Positions 1 to 8,770 of a stretch of DNA of 64,000 bases are shown in pieces; within the stretch, counting starts at the first letter, position 1, and each line of letters begins with the position of its first letter. The stretch lies in contig CP070746.1 in NCBI GenBank assembly GCA_020348305.1, positions 4,345,742 through 4,409,741 of the forward strand. The letters are read 5' to 3'. The notes below the pieces were generated by a model. The model did not search any database. It saw only the letters and a list, made by a program, of their open reading frames with translations, and was not told where the DNA came from. The translations under genes were made by a program, and so were the position numbers. The stretch is from Desulfobacterales bacterium (GTDB lineage Bacteria > Desulfobacterota > Desulfobacteria > Desulfobacterales > JAHEIW01).

Positions 1-3000
1 GTGAGTTTCAAATTCAATTGCTCCTGCGAAGGAACTTTCTTTTTATGACTGCGCTTCACCATTTTCTCCAATTCTATAGCAGCTGCGTGAAGGTCGATGG
101 CCGCCAGGTTTCCGGTTACGCCTTTTAGATTGTGGACCAAACTGTGCACTTGCTCCATATCTTTTGCATCCAGCGCCTTTTGGATTTTGCTGGCAACCTC
201 GGCATAGTTGGCAGCAAAATTCAGCAGGAGCTTTTTGTAAAGACGTCGGTTTCCCTGCAAACGCTGAAGTCCTGATGATAGATCAAATCCGGGTAGTGTC
301 TGTGGCAAAGAATCTTCATCCACAGTCTGCGGCACGGGTCTAGAAGGTTTTGCGAATGTTTCCGGAACAGCTTCTTCTGAGATGTCGGCTTCCGGCTGCC
401 GGATTTGTCCTCGATCATCAGCTGATCGAATCCATTTATGGAGCGTAGCAAATAATTGATTCGGATCGATGGGTTTTGTGACATGGTCATCCATTCCGGC
501 ATCCAGACTTACTTCACGATCTCCAGCCATGGCATGGGCGGTCATAGCGATGATCGGCAGGCCTCTGATTTTAGATTTTGGATCTCGGATTTCGGATTTT
601 GAATCGGAATCCTTTCCGATTTTATTCCGCATTCCGCCTTCCCAATTCCGAATTCTTTTTGTAGCCTCGTATCCATCCATCACCGGCATCTGAACATCCA
701 TGAGCACGGCGTCATATTCATTTTCCTTTACTGCGCTTAGCGCCTCCTGGCCGTCATTGGCCAGAGCAACGTCGATCCCTGCGCCTTCTAAAATCTCCTG
801 AGCGACCTGTTGGTTAATTTCATTATCCTCCACCAACAGTACTCGCGCACCCTGGAAATATGTCAACCTGTCTGCTTCCCGATCGCTTTCGCGAATTTGT
901 TGAGCATGCTTTGGCATTTCTTCCCCGAAGGCATTCATAATCGTATCTAAAAGTACCGAAGGACTCACGGGTTTGAGTAGAAAACCCTCCAACCCTGCAT
1001 GTTCCGCCTTTTGTATAATTTCCTCACGGCTGTAAGCCGTTACCAGAACAATGGCGGGAATCTTGTTTAGGCGTGGATGATTTTTGATGCGTTTAGATAC
1101 TTCAATGCCGTCCATTCCCGGCATCTTCCAGTCCATCATCACCAGATCAAAAGGCTCGCTATCGGAGGCTTTCTCAATCTCTTCCAGGCCCTCTTCCCCA
1201 GAAGCAGCCTGTGTGACCTTGAATGAAAAAGATTCTAACAAGTCCTGGAGAATCTGCCGAGACGTAGCATTGTCATCCACCACCAAAACGTTTAAGTTCC
1301 TCAAATCCGATCCCGGGATACGTCTTTTTTTCTCTTTTTCCTGTCCCTGCTCAAAGGTGGCAGTGAAGCTGAACGTGCTGCCCTGGCCGGGTTCGCTTTG
1401 CACCCAGATCTCGCCGGCCATCATTTCTACCAAACGTTTGCTGATTGTCAAACCGAGTCCGGTGCCACCGTATTTGCGGGTGGTGGAGGTGTCAGCTTGA
1501 GAAAACGCCTCAAAAAGGCCCTGCATCTGTTCCTGGGTAAGCCCTACTCCAGTATCACTGACCGAAAACTTCAATGTCACCCGGCTATTGATCTGGTTGA
1601 CCAGTTCGGTGGAGACTACGATTTCCCCGGATTCGGTAAACTTGACGGCATTATTGGCTAAGTTGATGAGAATCTGCCCCAGCCGCAAGGGATCGCCGAC
1701 CAGAAATCGGGGTACATTCTGAGCTGTGGAGAAAAGAACTTCGAGTTCTTCTTTTTCTTGGGCTTTTACGGTGATAAGATTTGCCAAGTTATCCAAAACA
1801 TCTTCTAGGTTGAAGTCGACTGCTTCCATATCCAGCTTGCCGGCTTCAATTTTAGAGAAGTCCAAGATGTCGTTGATGATGCCCAAAAGGGAGTTGGCAG
1901 AAGATTGGATTTTCGCCAAATAATCCCGCTGCTTGGGTGTAAGCTCCGTCTTCAGCGCCAGGTGTGTCATGCCGATCACGGCGTTCATGGGCGTGCGAAT
2001 CTCATGGCTCATATTGGCCAGAAAATCGCCTTTGGCCTTGTTGGCTTCGTCGGCGGCTTGTTTGGCTTGGACCAATTCTTCTTCCATGTATTTGCGTTCG
2101 GTGATATCCCTTAGTGACTCAATGGCTCCTGCAATTTCTCCTTTCGTGTCATAAAGCAAACCCGCTGTGGCAGAAAGGTACATGCCTCCATCTCCCAAAT
2201 GTGGATGATAGGATTCCGAAACTAGGATATCGTTTTCTTTTTTAACCGCAATATACTCTTTTTCATAGTCAGCATCCCACTCCCGGATCAAATCGATTAA
2301 CACCGGTCTTCTCTCACCATAGAAGGGCAGGGCATATTCATAGTTGCCTTTGCCTACCATATCTTTTGCGCTTATCCCGAGGAGTTTCTGCATGGCCTGG
2401 TTCCATGTCACGACCTTTCCGTTATTATCAACCACCCAAGTGGGATCCGGCAGAAAATTAATAATTTGAGCCAGACGTCGTTGAGAGTTTTTTAATTCTA
2501 TGGTGCGTTCTTCAACGAGCTCTTCCAGATGGTCTCGATGTTTCCTCACTTCTTTCTCTGATGCTTTCAGGGCGCTTTCCGATTTATGCAATGTGCTGAT
2601 CATCTCGTTAAAGGACGTTGCCAGTTGCCCGATCTCGTCGCCGGATTGAATTTCTATCCTTTGATCCAGATTCTCCGTACGCGTGATAAGGTCGGTTCCT
2701 TCATTCAGTTTCGTGAGCGGTTTGATTACAAAATTTTGTAAACCGAGAAGTGTCAGCCCACTTAGCAGCAAAAGCGCCAGAACCAGCGCCAATATAATTT
2801 TGGCAACAAATCCCCAAATCACACGATCAATTTCTGTCTTCGGCATGATGACAGCCAGTTTCCACCGCTGGGCCGGAGATGTATAAAAAAACGCGTACCG
2901 CTTTTCTGAGTTATTTTCGAAGATTGAATATCCCTCTTTCTGCCTGAAGACCTCGCGGTACAGTGTTGCATCTTCAGCTTTCAAGCTTTTAAACATTGCA

Positions 3001-3701
3001 GATTTATCACGGCTCACGAGTATGGTTCCGTTTTCATCCACGAGACTGATAAAACCGTTATAATCCATTTCGATATCGGAAATATATTCCATCAACTCTG
3101 CCAGGGTAATGTAAACCCCGATGACGCCGTAAATATGCTGCTCATCATCAACCAGTGCTTTCACAAATCCTACGCTCACGTCGGTTGTCGTTACCGAGCG
3201 AAACGGCGGTGTGCGCATAATTTTTCCTGGATTTTCTTTGCCCAAAATATACCAGGGTCTCTTTCTAGGGTCATAGCGGGTTGGTTTAGCTCTTTTGTGA
3301 GATCTTACAAACCCTCCGTTTTCGCGTCCCATAGATACGGAATGGACAAATGGATGGGTAGTGCGGTAATTATTGAATACCGTGATGATCTTTTGCTCCA
3401 GATCACCAATAGCGTATTGAAAGGTTTTTTCATCCGCATTCAAGAAGTTGGTAAAATTTGCATCGTTTTTGGATCGAACGAAATCGTTTTGGGCAAGTGT
3501 TTCTAAATCATGCTCCATATTCTTAAAAAAACTGGTCAACCCAAAATCAATGTGCTCGAGCTGCTTATGATAATTTGCCGAAATCGTTTTAATAATAACT
3601 GCTCGCGTTGCCGATGAGAGCAGACCTCCCAAAATAACCAGAATACACAAACTAACACCTACATAAAGGAATAATATTTTATGCTTAAGTTTAAAATTCA
3701 T
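1..3701 (-). CDS. hybrid sensor histidine kinase/response regulator (TM-Cache-like-TM-HAMP-PAS-HisKA-HATPase-REC-REC-HPt); C-terminus runs off the window
   Basis: Uninterrupted minus-strand frame from the ATG at 3699-3701 to base 1. It is absent from the ORF track because there is no stop in the window. My own translation shows MNFKLKHKILFLYVGVSLCILVILGG (TM), HAMP (GDEIGQLATSFNEMI), PAS (FLPDPTWVVDNNGKVVTWNQAM), H-box (FLANMSHEIRTPMNAVIGM), G2 box (GGTGLGLTISKRLVEMMAG), two REC domains (VLVVDDN...DLVMMDWKMPGMDG; VLLVEDNEINQ...DAVLMDVQMPVMDG) and an HPt (HSLVHNLKGVTGNLA). Confidence 0.9.
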   Translation of the reverse strand, partial: MNFKLKHKILFLYVGVSLCILVILGGLLSSATRAVIIKTISANYHKQLEHIDFGLTSFFKNMEHDLETLAQNDFVRSKNDANFTNFLNADEKTFQYAIGDLEQKIITVFNNYRTTHPFVHSVSMGRENGGFVRSHKRAKPTRYDPRKRPWYILGKENPGKIMRTPPFRSVTTTDVSVGFVKALVDDEQHIYGVIGVYITLAELMEYISDIEMDYNGFISLVDENGTILVSRDKSAMFKSLKAEDATLYREVFRQKEGYSIFENNSEKRYAFFYTSPAQRWKLAVIMPKTEIDRVIWGFVAKIILALVLALLLLSGLTLLGLQNFVIKPLTKLNEGTDLITRTENLDQRIEIQSGDEIGQLATSFNEMISTLHKSESALKASEKEVRKHRDHLEELVEERTIELKNSQRRLAQIINFLPDPTWVVDNNGKVVTWNQAMQKLLGISAKDMVGKGNYEYALPFYGERRPVLIDLIREWDADYEKEYIAVKKENDILVSESYHPHLGDGGMYLSATAGLLYDTKGEIAGAIESLRDITERKYMEEELVQAKQAADEANKAKGDFLANMSHEIRTPMNAVIGMTHLALKTELTPKQRDYLAKIQSSANSLLGIINDILDFSKIEAGKLDMEAVDFNLEDVLDNLANLITVKAQEKEELEVLFSTAQNVPRFLVGDPLRLGQILINLANNAVKFTESGEIVVSTELVNQINSRVTLKFSVSDTGVGLTQEQMQGLFEAFSQADTSTTRKYGGTGLGLTISKRLVEMMAGEIWVQSEPGQGSTFSFTATFEQGQEKEKKRRIPGSDLRNLNVLVVDDNATSRQILQDLLESFSFKVTQAASGEEGLEEIEKASDSEPFDLVMMDWKMPGMDGIEVSKRIKNHPRLNKIPAIVLVTAYSREEIIQKAEHAGLEGFLLKPVSPSVLLDTIMNAFGEEMPKHAQQIRESDREADRLTYFQGARVLLVEDNEINQQVAQEILEGAGIDVALANDGQEALSAVKENEYDAVLMDVQMPVMDGYEATKRIRNWEGGMRNKIGKDSDSKSEIRDPKSKIRGLPIIAMTAHAMAGDREVSLDAGMDDHVTKPIDPNQLFATLHKWIRSADDRGQIRQPEADISEEAVPETFAKPSRPVPQTVDEDSLPQTLPGFDLSSGLQRLQGNRRLYKKLLLNFAANYAEVASKIQKALDAKDMEQVHSLVHNLKGVTGNLAAIDLHAAAIELEKMVKRSHKKKVPSQEQLNLKL
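567..655. repeat. heptad-phased repeat element (GATnnnn x5, central 8-bp hairpin, nATTCCG x4) inside the kinase CDS
   Basis: The + strand reads gatttta|gattttg|gatctcg|gatttcg|gattttg|aatcgga|atccttt|ccgattt|tattccg|cattccg|ccttccc|aattccg in one 7-nt phase. There is a perfect hairpin aatcggaa-tcct-ttccgatt at 602-621. It shares the 14-mer gcggaatgcggaat (reverse complement) with 9334-9380. Confidence 0.8.
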
Positions 3702-3861
3702 TGAGTTGCTCCTGTAGCAAAATTATAATTCTCACCTTTGTAGCTTCAGGATAGATAGAATCTGTAAACTGGTTTCAAAGCCTTTAGATCTTGTTCGAGG
3801 GTCGCGCCGTATTTTGGCGGGGCAACACAGTCATCGGGCCGGCTGAGCACCACATATATTC

Positions 3862-3896
3862 AAAAAAATGCAAAGTCCCGCACTTGATAGCGGGGA
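3862..3896 (-). terminator. possible weak intrinsic terminator after the STAS gene
   Basis: The minus strand reads CCCGC-uaucaagu-GCGGG followed by cuuugcaUUUUUUU. The stem is only 5 bp and the U-tract is offset. Confidence 0.3.
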
Positions 3897-3918
3897 GATG
3901 TGGATTTTGGAACAAGAA

Positions 3919-4284
3919 TTAACGTGCGGCCTTTTGCATCGCGTCAAGATAATTATCTAATTCTTTTATACTGGCAAAGACCCGCATAGACGGCAAAGCT
4001 TTTAGAACATCAAATACTTTTTTGATTTGTGGCTGAAGTTTCATGAAGACGACCTTGCCATCGCATTTTTTCATGTGCTTTCTTGACTTCAATAATACCC
4101 GCACGCCCATGCTGTTGATATAATCTAAAAATTCCATGTCAAAAATAATGACATTCGGCTTTTCCTTTAACACTGAATCTACTTTTTCTTCCAAAATTGT
4201 ATAGGTTCTCGTATCAACTGATCCGATCGGAGAAATAGTGATAATTCCCGGTCTTGTTTGAGTTGATGTAACTTTAAGCGACAT
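3919..4284 (-). CDS. STAS-domain protein (anti-sigma-factor antagonist, SpoIIAA-like)
   Basis: 121 aa. It shows the typical STAS pattern: ITISPIGSVDTRTYTILEEKV...VIIFDMEFLDYINSMGVRVLL...VVFMKLQPQIKKVFDV. Confidence 0.8.
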   Translation of the reverse strand: MSLKVTSTQTRPGIITISPIGSVDTRTYTILEEKVDSVLKEKPNVIIFDMEFLDYINSMGVRVLLKSRKHMKKCDGKVVFMKLQPQIKKVFDVLKALPSMRVFASIKELDNYLDAMQKAAR

Positions 4285-4368
4285 ATCTCCTCCTTTGTTG
4301 AATCTATTTGCAGGTCGATAATTTTTTATCTGCCTTCACTTTGCGCAAATTCAATATGAACCAATTTA

Positions 4369-4920
4369 CTATTCTAAGCCAAACCATTTTTTAAAAAGTG
4401 ACTTCAAGGAACTGTGCTTTGCGATTTCATGGCCGATGAGGGATCGTGGAGCCAAATTCTCGGGCCACCAATCTACGGCATCAAAAGAAAAGGGAAGTAT
4501 GCTCTCCAGCGCCGGTATTAGCTTTTTTTCAATCAAAACGTTTTCGCGCTCCTCCAAGGATCGAAAATAGATATTCACCTCTTCAACATACCAGTCTCGG
4601 ATATGCGCTAATGAGTCCAAGGAAACTTTAACGATTTTTTCAAAACTCTTGCCCAGTTTCGGTCGAATGGATTCATCGGTGAGGGTTTTGAATATTTCAT
4701 TAAGCTTATATTTTAAGCTTTCATCTCCTTCGGTATCAATGATAAATGTGAGCGTCAGATGGCCACCACCGTAAGGCCGATGGAATGTTGAGATTTTAAT
4801 GACCCCATCTTTGCTGATATCATGATTCTCCCGTTGAAGAAGAAAGCTGACAAATGCAGTCATTTTTTCATGTGCTTTTATGGAGAGATAGCTTCTTTTG
4901 GGGTCAAATTCTTTTGTCAT
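4369..4920 (-). CDS. hypothetical protein (183 aa), no family recognised
   Basis: Clean ORF co-directional with the flanking genes, with coding-like composition. I recognise no motif. Confidence 0.6.
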   Translation of the reverse strand: MTKEFDPKRSYLSIKAHEKMTAFVSFLLQRENHDISKDGVIKISTFHRPYGGGHLTLTFIIDTEGDESLKYKLNEIFKTLTDESIRPKLGKSFEKIVKVSLDSLAHIRDWYVEEVNIYFRSLEERENVLIEKKLIPALESILPFSFDAVDWWPENLAPRSLIGHEIAKHSSLKSLFKKWFGLE

Positions 4921-5019
4921 AATGCATATCTCCTATAATTCAGTAAACTAAAGCGAACATTAGTCGACGTCTTTTTATAACAGAGATAATGAGCCCTTTC
5001 AATCTTTTATCTTTGTATT

Positions 5020-5916
5020 TCAAACACCTACTCCTGCTTGATCGGTATCGGGCAAATCAAAAGTGAGCCGCTCGAATTCTGCAATTACCTGAGCACCTAA
5101 TAGCAGGATGATGACCGCAACTTCGATGCTGAGCAGAGCCACCACCGCGGTAGCCAGTGATCCATAGATCACATTTACCAGAGAAAGTCTTGAGTAATAC
5201 CAGACCAGTATGTGGCGTATGATTTCCCATAACACCGTTGCGGTGAAACCGCCGATAATGGCGTGACGAATGGAGATGTGTCCCACTGGCATCACCATGT
5301 ACAAAGACGTGAGCATAATCACCATACCCAACATTCCCGACAAATACAGCACAAATCTGGATGAGCCTGCCAGGCTCAAATCCCAGCCAAAAATTATTAC
5401 ATGCTTATCTGCCAGCGCATCTAATGCTCCGGCGACCAGGGTAACCAGTAACAATCCAAATCCCATCAGAAATATATACGCGTACGGGATGATGGCGGAG
5501 ATGAGAAAATGCCGACGATGTTTTTTTGCCCGGTGGGAAAAAATAACTGCCATTGCACTTTCAAGCACGGTGAACGCCATTGAGCTGAAGAACATCATAA
5601 ACAGGATACCGAATACGCCAACCAATTGTCGACGGGCCAGAAATCCCCACACCTGGCCGGCCACTCTTTCAGCATGTCCGGGAATTACCAGTTTTAAATG
5701 GCTAAGTATGGTGGTATACAGTTGTTCCTCTTCGATAAAATGCGAAAACCCAACCAAGATGAGTGCAAACATGGGTACAATGGATAGCAACGTGTAATAG
5801 GCCACGGCACCTGATAATAACAGACCCTGGTTGCGCTTGAAATTGCGAAGCACACTTAGAATGAAACGACTAGGTTGACGCAGGATAAAATTTTCAATTT
5901 TTTTATCGCTTCCCAT
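5020..5916 (-). CDS. YihY/BrkB (virulence factor BrkB / former ribonuclease BN) family membrane protein
   Basis: 298 aa and polytopic. N-terminal signature NFKRNQGLLLSGAVAYYTLLSIVPMFALIL. Confidence 0.8.
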   Translation of the reverse strand: MGSDKKIENFILRQPSRFILSVLRNFKRNQGLLLSGAVAYYTLLSIVPMFALILVGFSHFIEEEQLYTTILSHLKLVIPGHAERVAGQVWGFLARRQLVGVFGILFMMFFSSMAFTVLESAMAVIFSHRAKKHRRHFLISAIIPYAYIFLMGFGLLLVTLVAGALDALADKHVIIFGWDLSLAGSSRFVLYLSGMLGMVIMLTSLYMVMPVGHISIRHAIIGGFTATVLWEIIRHILVWYYSRLSLVNVIYGSLATAVVALLSIEVAVIILLLGAQVIAEFERLTFDLPDTDQAGVGV

Positions 5917-5955
5917 AAGCTTAGTGCTTCGATTCGCAGTTACTGTGAGGTATTT

Positions 5956-6510
5956 TTACTTGTTTTCTAACTTTATATTCTGGAGTGCGGCAAGCTTACT
6001 GCGCAAAGGTGTTTGAGCACAACCACAACTCCCTTCGTTCAAATTAGCGCCGCATATTGAACATAGCCCCTTACAACTTTCCTGACACAATGGCTGCAAC
6101 GGTAAAGCCATGACAATCTGTTCCTGGATTCCGTCCAACAAATTGATTTCTTCGCCGCTGAAGTAAATGAGCCCCATATCATTGGCGCTAAGCTCTATTT
6201 CTTTCTCACCAAACTCTTCTGTGTCAGCGGGAGATTCGCGTGAATAAGTAAGGGCAAAGCGAGACGCTAACCGAGTTTCAAAATCGTTTAGACAACGGCT
6301 ACATGCAAGGCGCATAGATGTTTCGATATTTCCTTCTACTTCAACAATATCACCGACTCGTATGGCTCGCAAGCGGGTCTTGATTGGAGCAGCGAATTCA
6401 CATTCATTTTTCTTGATCATATTCGTCAGAACAGGAAAAATGTCCGGCCTTTCTTCAAATTCAAGCCAAAGCGCCTTGTCTTTTAGTTGATCGATTTGGA
6501 TGTGCATCAT
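5956..6510 (-). CDS. DUF177/YceD-family protein (large-subunit rRNA accumulation protein)
   Basis: 184 aa. Paired Cys motifs typical of the family: CSRCLNDF ... CQESCKGLCSICGANLNEGSCGC. Confidence 0.8.
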   Translation of the reverse strand: MMHIQIDQLKDKALWLEFEERPDIFPVLTNMIKKNECEFAAPIKTRLRAIRVGDIVEVEGNIETSMRLACSRCLNDFETRLASRFALTYSRESPADTEEFGEKEIELSANDMGLIYFSGEEINLLDGIQEQIVMALPLQPLCQESCKGLCSICGANLNEGSCGCAQTPLRSKLAALQNIKLENK

Positions 6511-6637
6511 AATTTTTAGCCCCGATGGTTTTGATATGGGGCGATGAACCTACGGAAAATACTTTTTTGCTTTTAAAATAAATCTATTTTCATGATAAAA
6601 CAAATTTTTGTTTGAATCTATGATTTTTCATTCAAAA

Positions 6638-6666
6638 TTGTGTAATTATTCCAGCTTTGCTATAAT
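6638..6666 (+). promoter_or_regulatory. putative sigma70 promoter (TTGTGT-17-TATAAT) placing the TSS at or next to the ykgJ-like ATG (leaderless?)
   Basis: Perfect TATAAT at 6661-6666, with TTGTGT at 6638-6643 after a 17-nt spacer. The ATG at 6673 lies only 6 nt after the -10 box, and no Shine-Dalgarno sequence is visible. Confidence 0.3.
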
Positions 6667-6672
6667 TTTAGC

Positions 6673-7404
6673 ATGCATCCAGATAGGATAAGAAAACCCA
6701 TACCATCAAAGCTGTCAGCAGGCACTCAGAAACGAAAACCAATTACAGCCTGTATTCGTTGCGGTACGTGCTGCCAAAAAGGAGGCCCTTCCTTTCACCA
6801 TGCGGACAAAAACCTGATTGAAAAGGGCATAATTCATTCTCGCCATCTTTACACAATACGCAGGGGGCAACTTGCATATGATAATGTTAGAGACTGTCTG
6901 ATGCCCGTTGATTCGGATATCATTAAAATTAAGGGGAAAAAGGATTCGTGGGCGTGTATCTTTTTTGAGGAAGACGAAAAGGCTTGCCGGATTTATGCGA
7001 ATCGACCGCTGGAGTGCAGAGTACTTAAATGCTGGGACACACGAGAAATAGAAAAAATTTACGCTGAAAATCGGCTGACTCGCAAGGATCTGATATCCGA
7101 GGTCAAAGGACTTTGGGATCTGATTAAAGACCATCAGGGCCGTTGTGATCATGAAAAGATCCACAAATGGGTGAAAGCGCTGGACAGCGCCATAAAAAAG
7201 GAAGCCCGGAAAGAACTCATTGAACTTATCCAATATGATACGGAAATTCGAAAACTGGTTGTTTCCAAAGCAGGGTTGGATGCTGAGATGCTGGATTTTT
7301 TGTTTGGCCGGCCGCTTATTGAAACAATTGAGAATTATGGGCTGAATGTTGAGCAAAGCGGCAAGAAAATTAGCTTAATGTCGACTTCTCGGCGGAAAAA
7401 ATAA
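6673..7404 (+). CDS. YkgJ-family cysteine-cluster (Fe/Zn-chelating) protein
   Basis: 243 aa. CxxCxxCC motif CIRCGTCCQKGGP and second cluster ACIFF...ACRIYANRPLECRVLKC. Confidence 0.75.
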   Translation: MHPDRIRKPIPSKLSAGTQKRKPITACIRCGTCCQKGGPSFHHADKNLIEKGIIHSRHLYTIRRGQLAYDNVRDCLMPVDSDIIKIKGKKDSWACIFFEEDEKACRIYANRPLECRVLKCWDTREIEKIYAENRLTRKDLISEVKGLWDLIKDHQGRCDHEKIHKWVKALDSAIKKEARKELIELIQYDTEIRKLVVSKAGLDAEMLDFLFGRPLIETIENYGLNVEQSGKKISLMSTSRRKK

Positions 7405-7464
7405 CCTCAAATTTGTGCAGAATCAAAAGGCTTCCCATTCATTCCTTGCAGGCTGATTCCTTGG

Positions 7465-8595
7465 TTATAGCTGCGATAATTGTTCTTCGTCTATCTGTTC
7501 GATTTCTTCCTGCTCCGAGTTAGAAGTGGCTTGAGGTTCCGCTTCTTTTTCGCTTGACGTTGCTTCGGATGAAACGTCGCCCCAAATGTATTTTCCGTAT
7601 TTAAGGTAGCCCAGAACATTGTTCAAACGAGGATCACTATCGGGGTCTACCGGTTGGACATTTCCATGGATCAGCGGCTGAAGATAGTGAGCCAATTCTC
7701 TGCAACCGCCACCGGTTAAAATGATCGTATCGATATCCCAATCATCAGCCCATAGGCGGTCAATGTCGTTTGCAATTGTACCGGCTAGCTGCGAATAGAC
7801 CTGGTCCCTGATTTTTGTAAAGGTAAATCCGTGTCCCTTCATCTTGATGGAACCCATCTCAGCTGCTTTATACAGACGGTAAAGCTCAACGTTTACCCCG
7901 CATTTTTCACGCAGTTTGTTTGATATGACGCCAAACCCCTTAGAAATTCCCGTGTCTATGGTTCTACTTCCGCGATCAATATAGCGCAAATGATCTAAAA
8001 TGGTAAAATCAGTGGTTCGAAAACCAATATCAACCACACCGATCTTTTGATTGGCTAGTTCGTCATTGACAATTTTGCCGTTGTCATCCATTAGGACGTT
8101 TAATACTGTGCCTAAAGGTTGCGGCAGCATGCGGACTTTGTTGATATATATTTCTTTCGTGTTTTGCTGACCATCGAAAGAGTGATAGGTTACCCTGTGA
8201 TGGCCGGTCATGATATCATTAAATCGCGCGTAATTTTGTTTGAAAAAGCCGATTGGCAGCCCAGACACAACATTAAGGGGAACATTTATCTTTCCACCAT
8301 TTTTGAAAAACATTCCGGCCACAGTTAGCGCTAAAATTCTGACGAAATCCGTGATCAATCGCTCCTGGTCAAGCGTAAAATTGAGAACACTGGATTGTTG
8401 TTCGGCTAAGTCGCCGATAAAATAAGATTTACCATCAATGGTCACGTGAAGATGATCGAGAGAAGAATTTTCGCCAAAATCGGTCCAAAATTGAATATCA
8501 TTTGCATCGCCAAAAATAGATTTGAAAATTACGGTTTCTTTTCCATTGGTTGCTTTTGTAAATCCAAAACCGATGTCGATGCCCAGGATATGCAT
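7465..8595 (-). CDS. ParM/StbA-family actin-like ATPase with acidic C-terminal tail
   Basis: 376 aa. Actin-fold phosphate/adenosine motifs ILGIDIGFGFTKA, VVDIGFRTTDFTI, IILTGGG. The tail SSEKEAEPQATSNSEQEEIEQIDEEQLSQL is acidic. Confidence 0.75.
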   Translation of the reverse strand: MHILGIDIGFGFTKATNGKETVIFKSIFGDANDIQFWTDFGENSSLDHLHVTIDGKSYFIGDLAEQQSSVLNFTLDQERLITDFVRILALTVAGMFFKNGGKINVPLNVVSGLPIGFFKQNYARFNDIMTGHHRVTYHSFDGQQNTKEIYINKVRMLPQPLGTVLNVLMDDNGKIVNDELANQKIGVVDIGFRTTDFTILDHLRYIDRGSRTIDTGISKGFGVISNKLREKCGVNVELYRLYKAAEMGSIKMKGHGFTFTKIRDQVYSQLAGTIANDIDRLWADDWDIDTIILTGGGCRELAHYLQPLIHGNVQPVDPDSDPRLNNVLGYLKYGKYIWGDVSSEATSSEKEAEPQATSNSEQEEIEQIDEEQLSQL

Positions 8596-8770
8596 TTTTT
8601 CCTCCAGTTGAAGAACAGGCGATCTAAGAATATAATTTATATCTTATTACCGTTTAAACGTTAAAAAAAAACAATATCCGCTAAATACTACCATAGCAGG
8701 TTTCATATGGTCAAATACTTTTCATAAAGACACATAAGTTATCTTAACATAGGTAAGGTTATACTTGAGA

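Noticed and set aside
469-3506. Nine short + strand ORFs (469..693, 1084..1500, 1398..1661, 1726..1923, 1905..2114, 1933..2154, 2683..2886, 3135..3506) and the minus ORF 221..502
   Set aside because: All lie inside, or out of frame with, the long uninterrupted minus-strand kinase frame (1..3701), which carries clear HisKA, HATPase, REC and HPt motifs. They are shadow ORFs with low-complexity translations.
5270-5797. 175-aa + strand ORF
   Set aside because: It is antisense to the YihY/BrkB membrane protein gene. The translation has no motif and an odd composition.
6715-7356. 213-aa minus-strand ORF
   Set aside because: It is antisense to the YkgJ-family gene, which has the diagnostic CxxCxxCC cluster.
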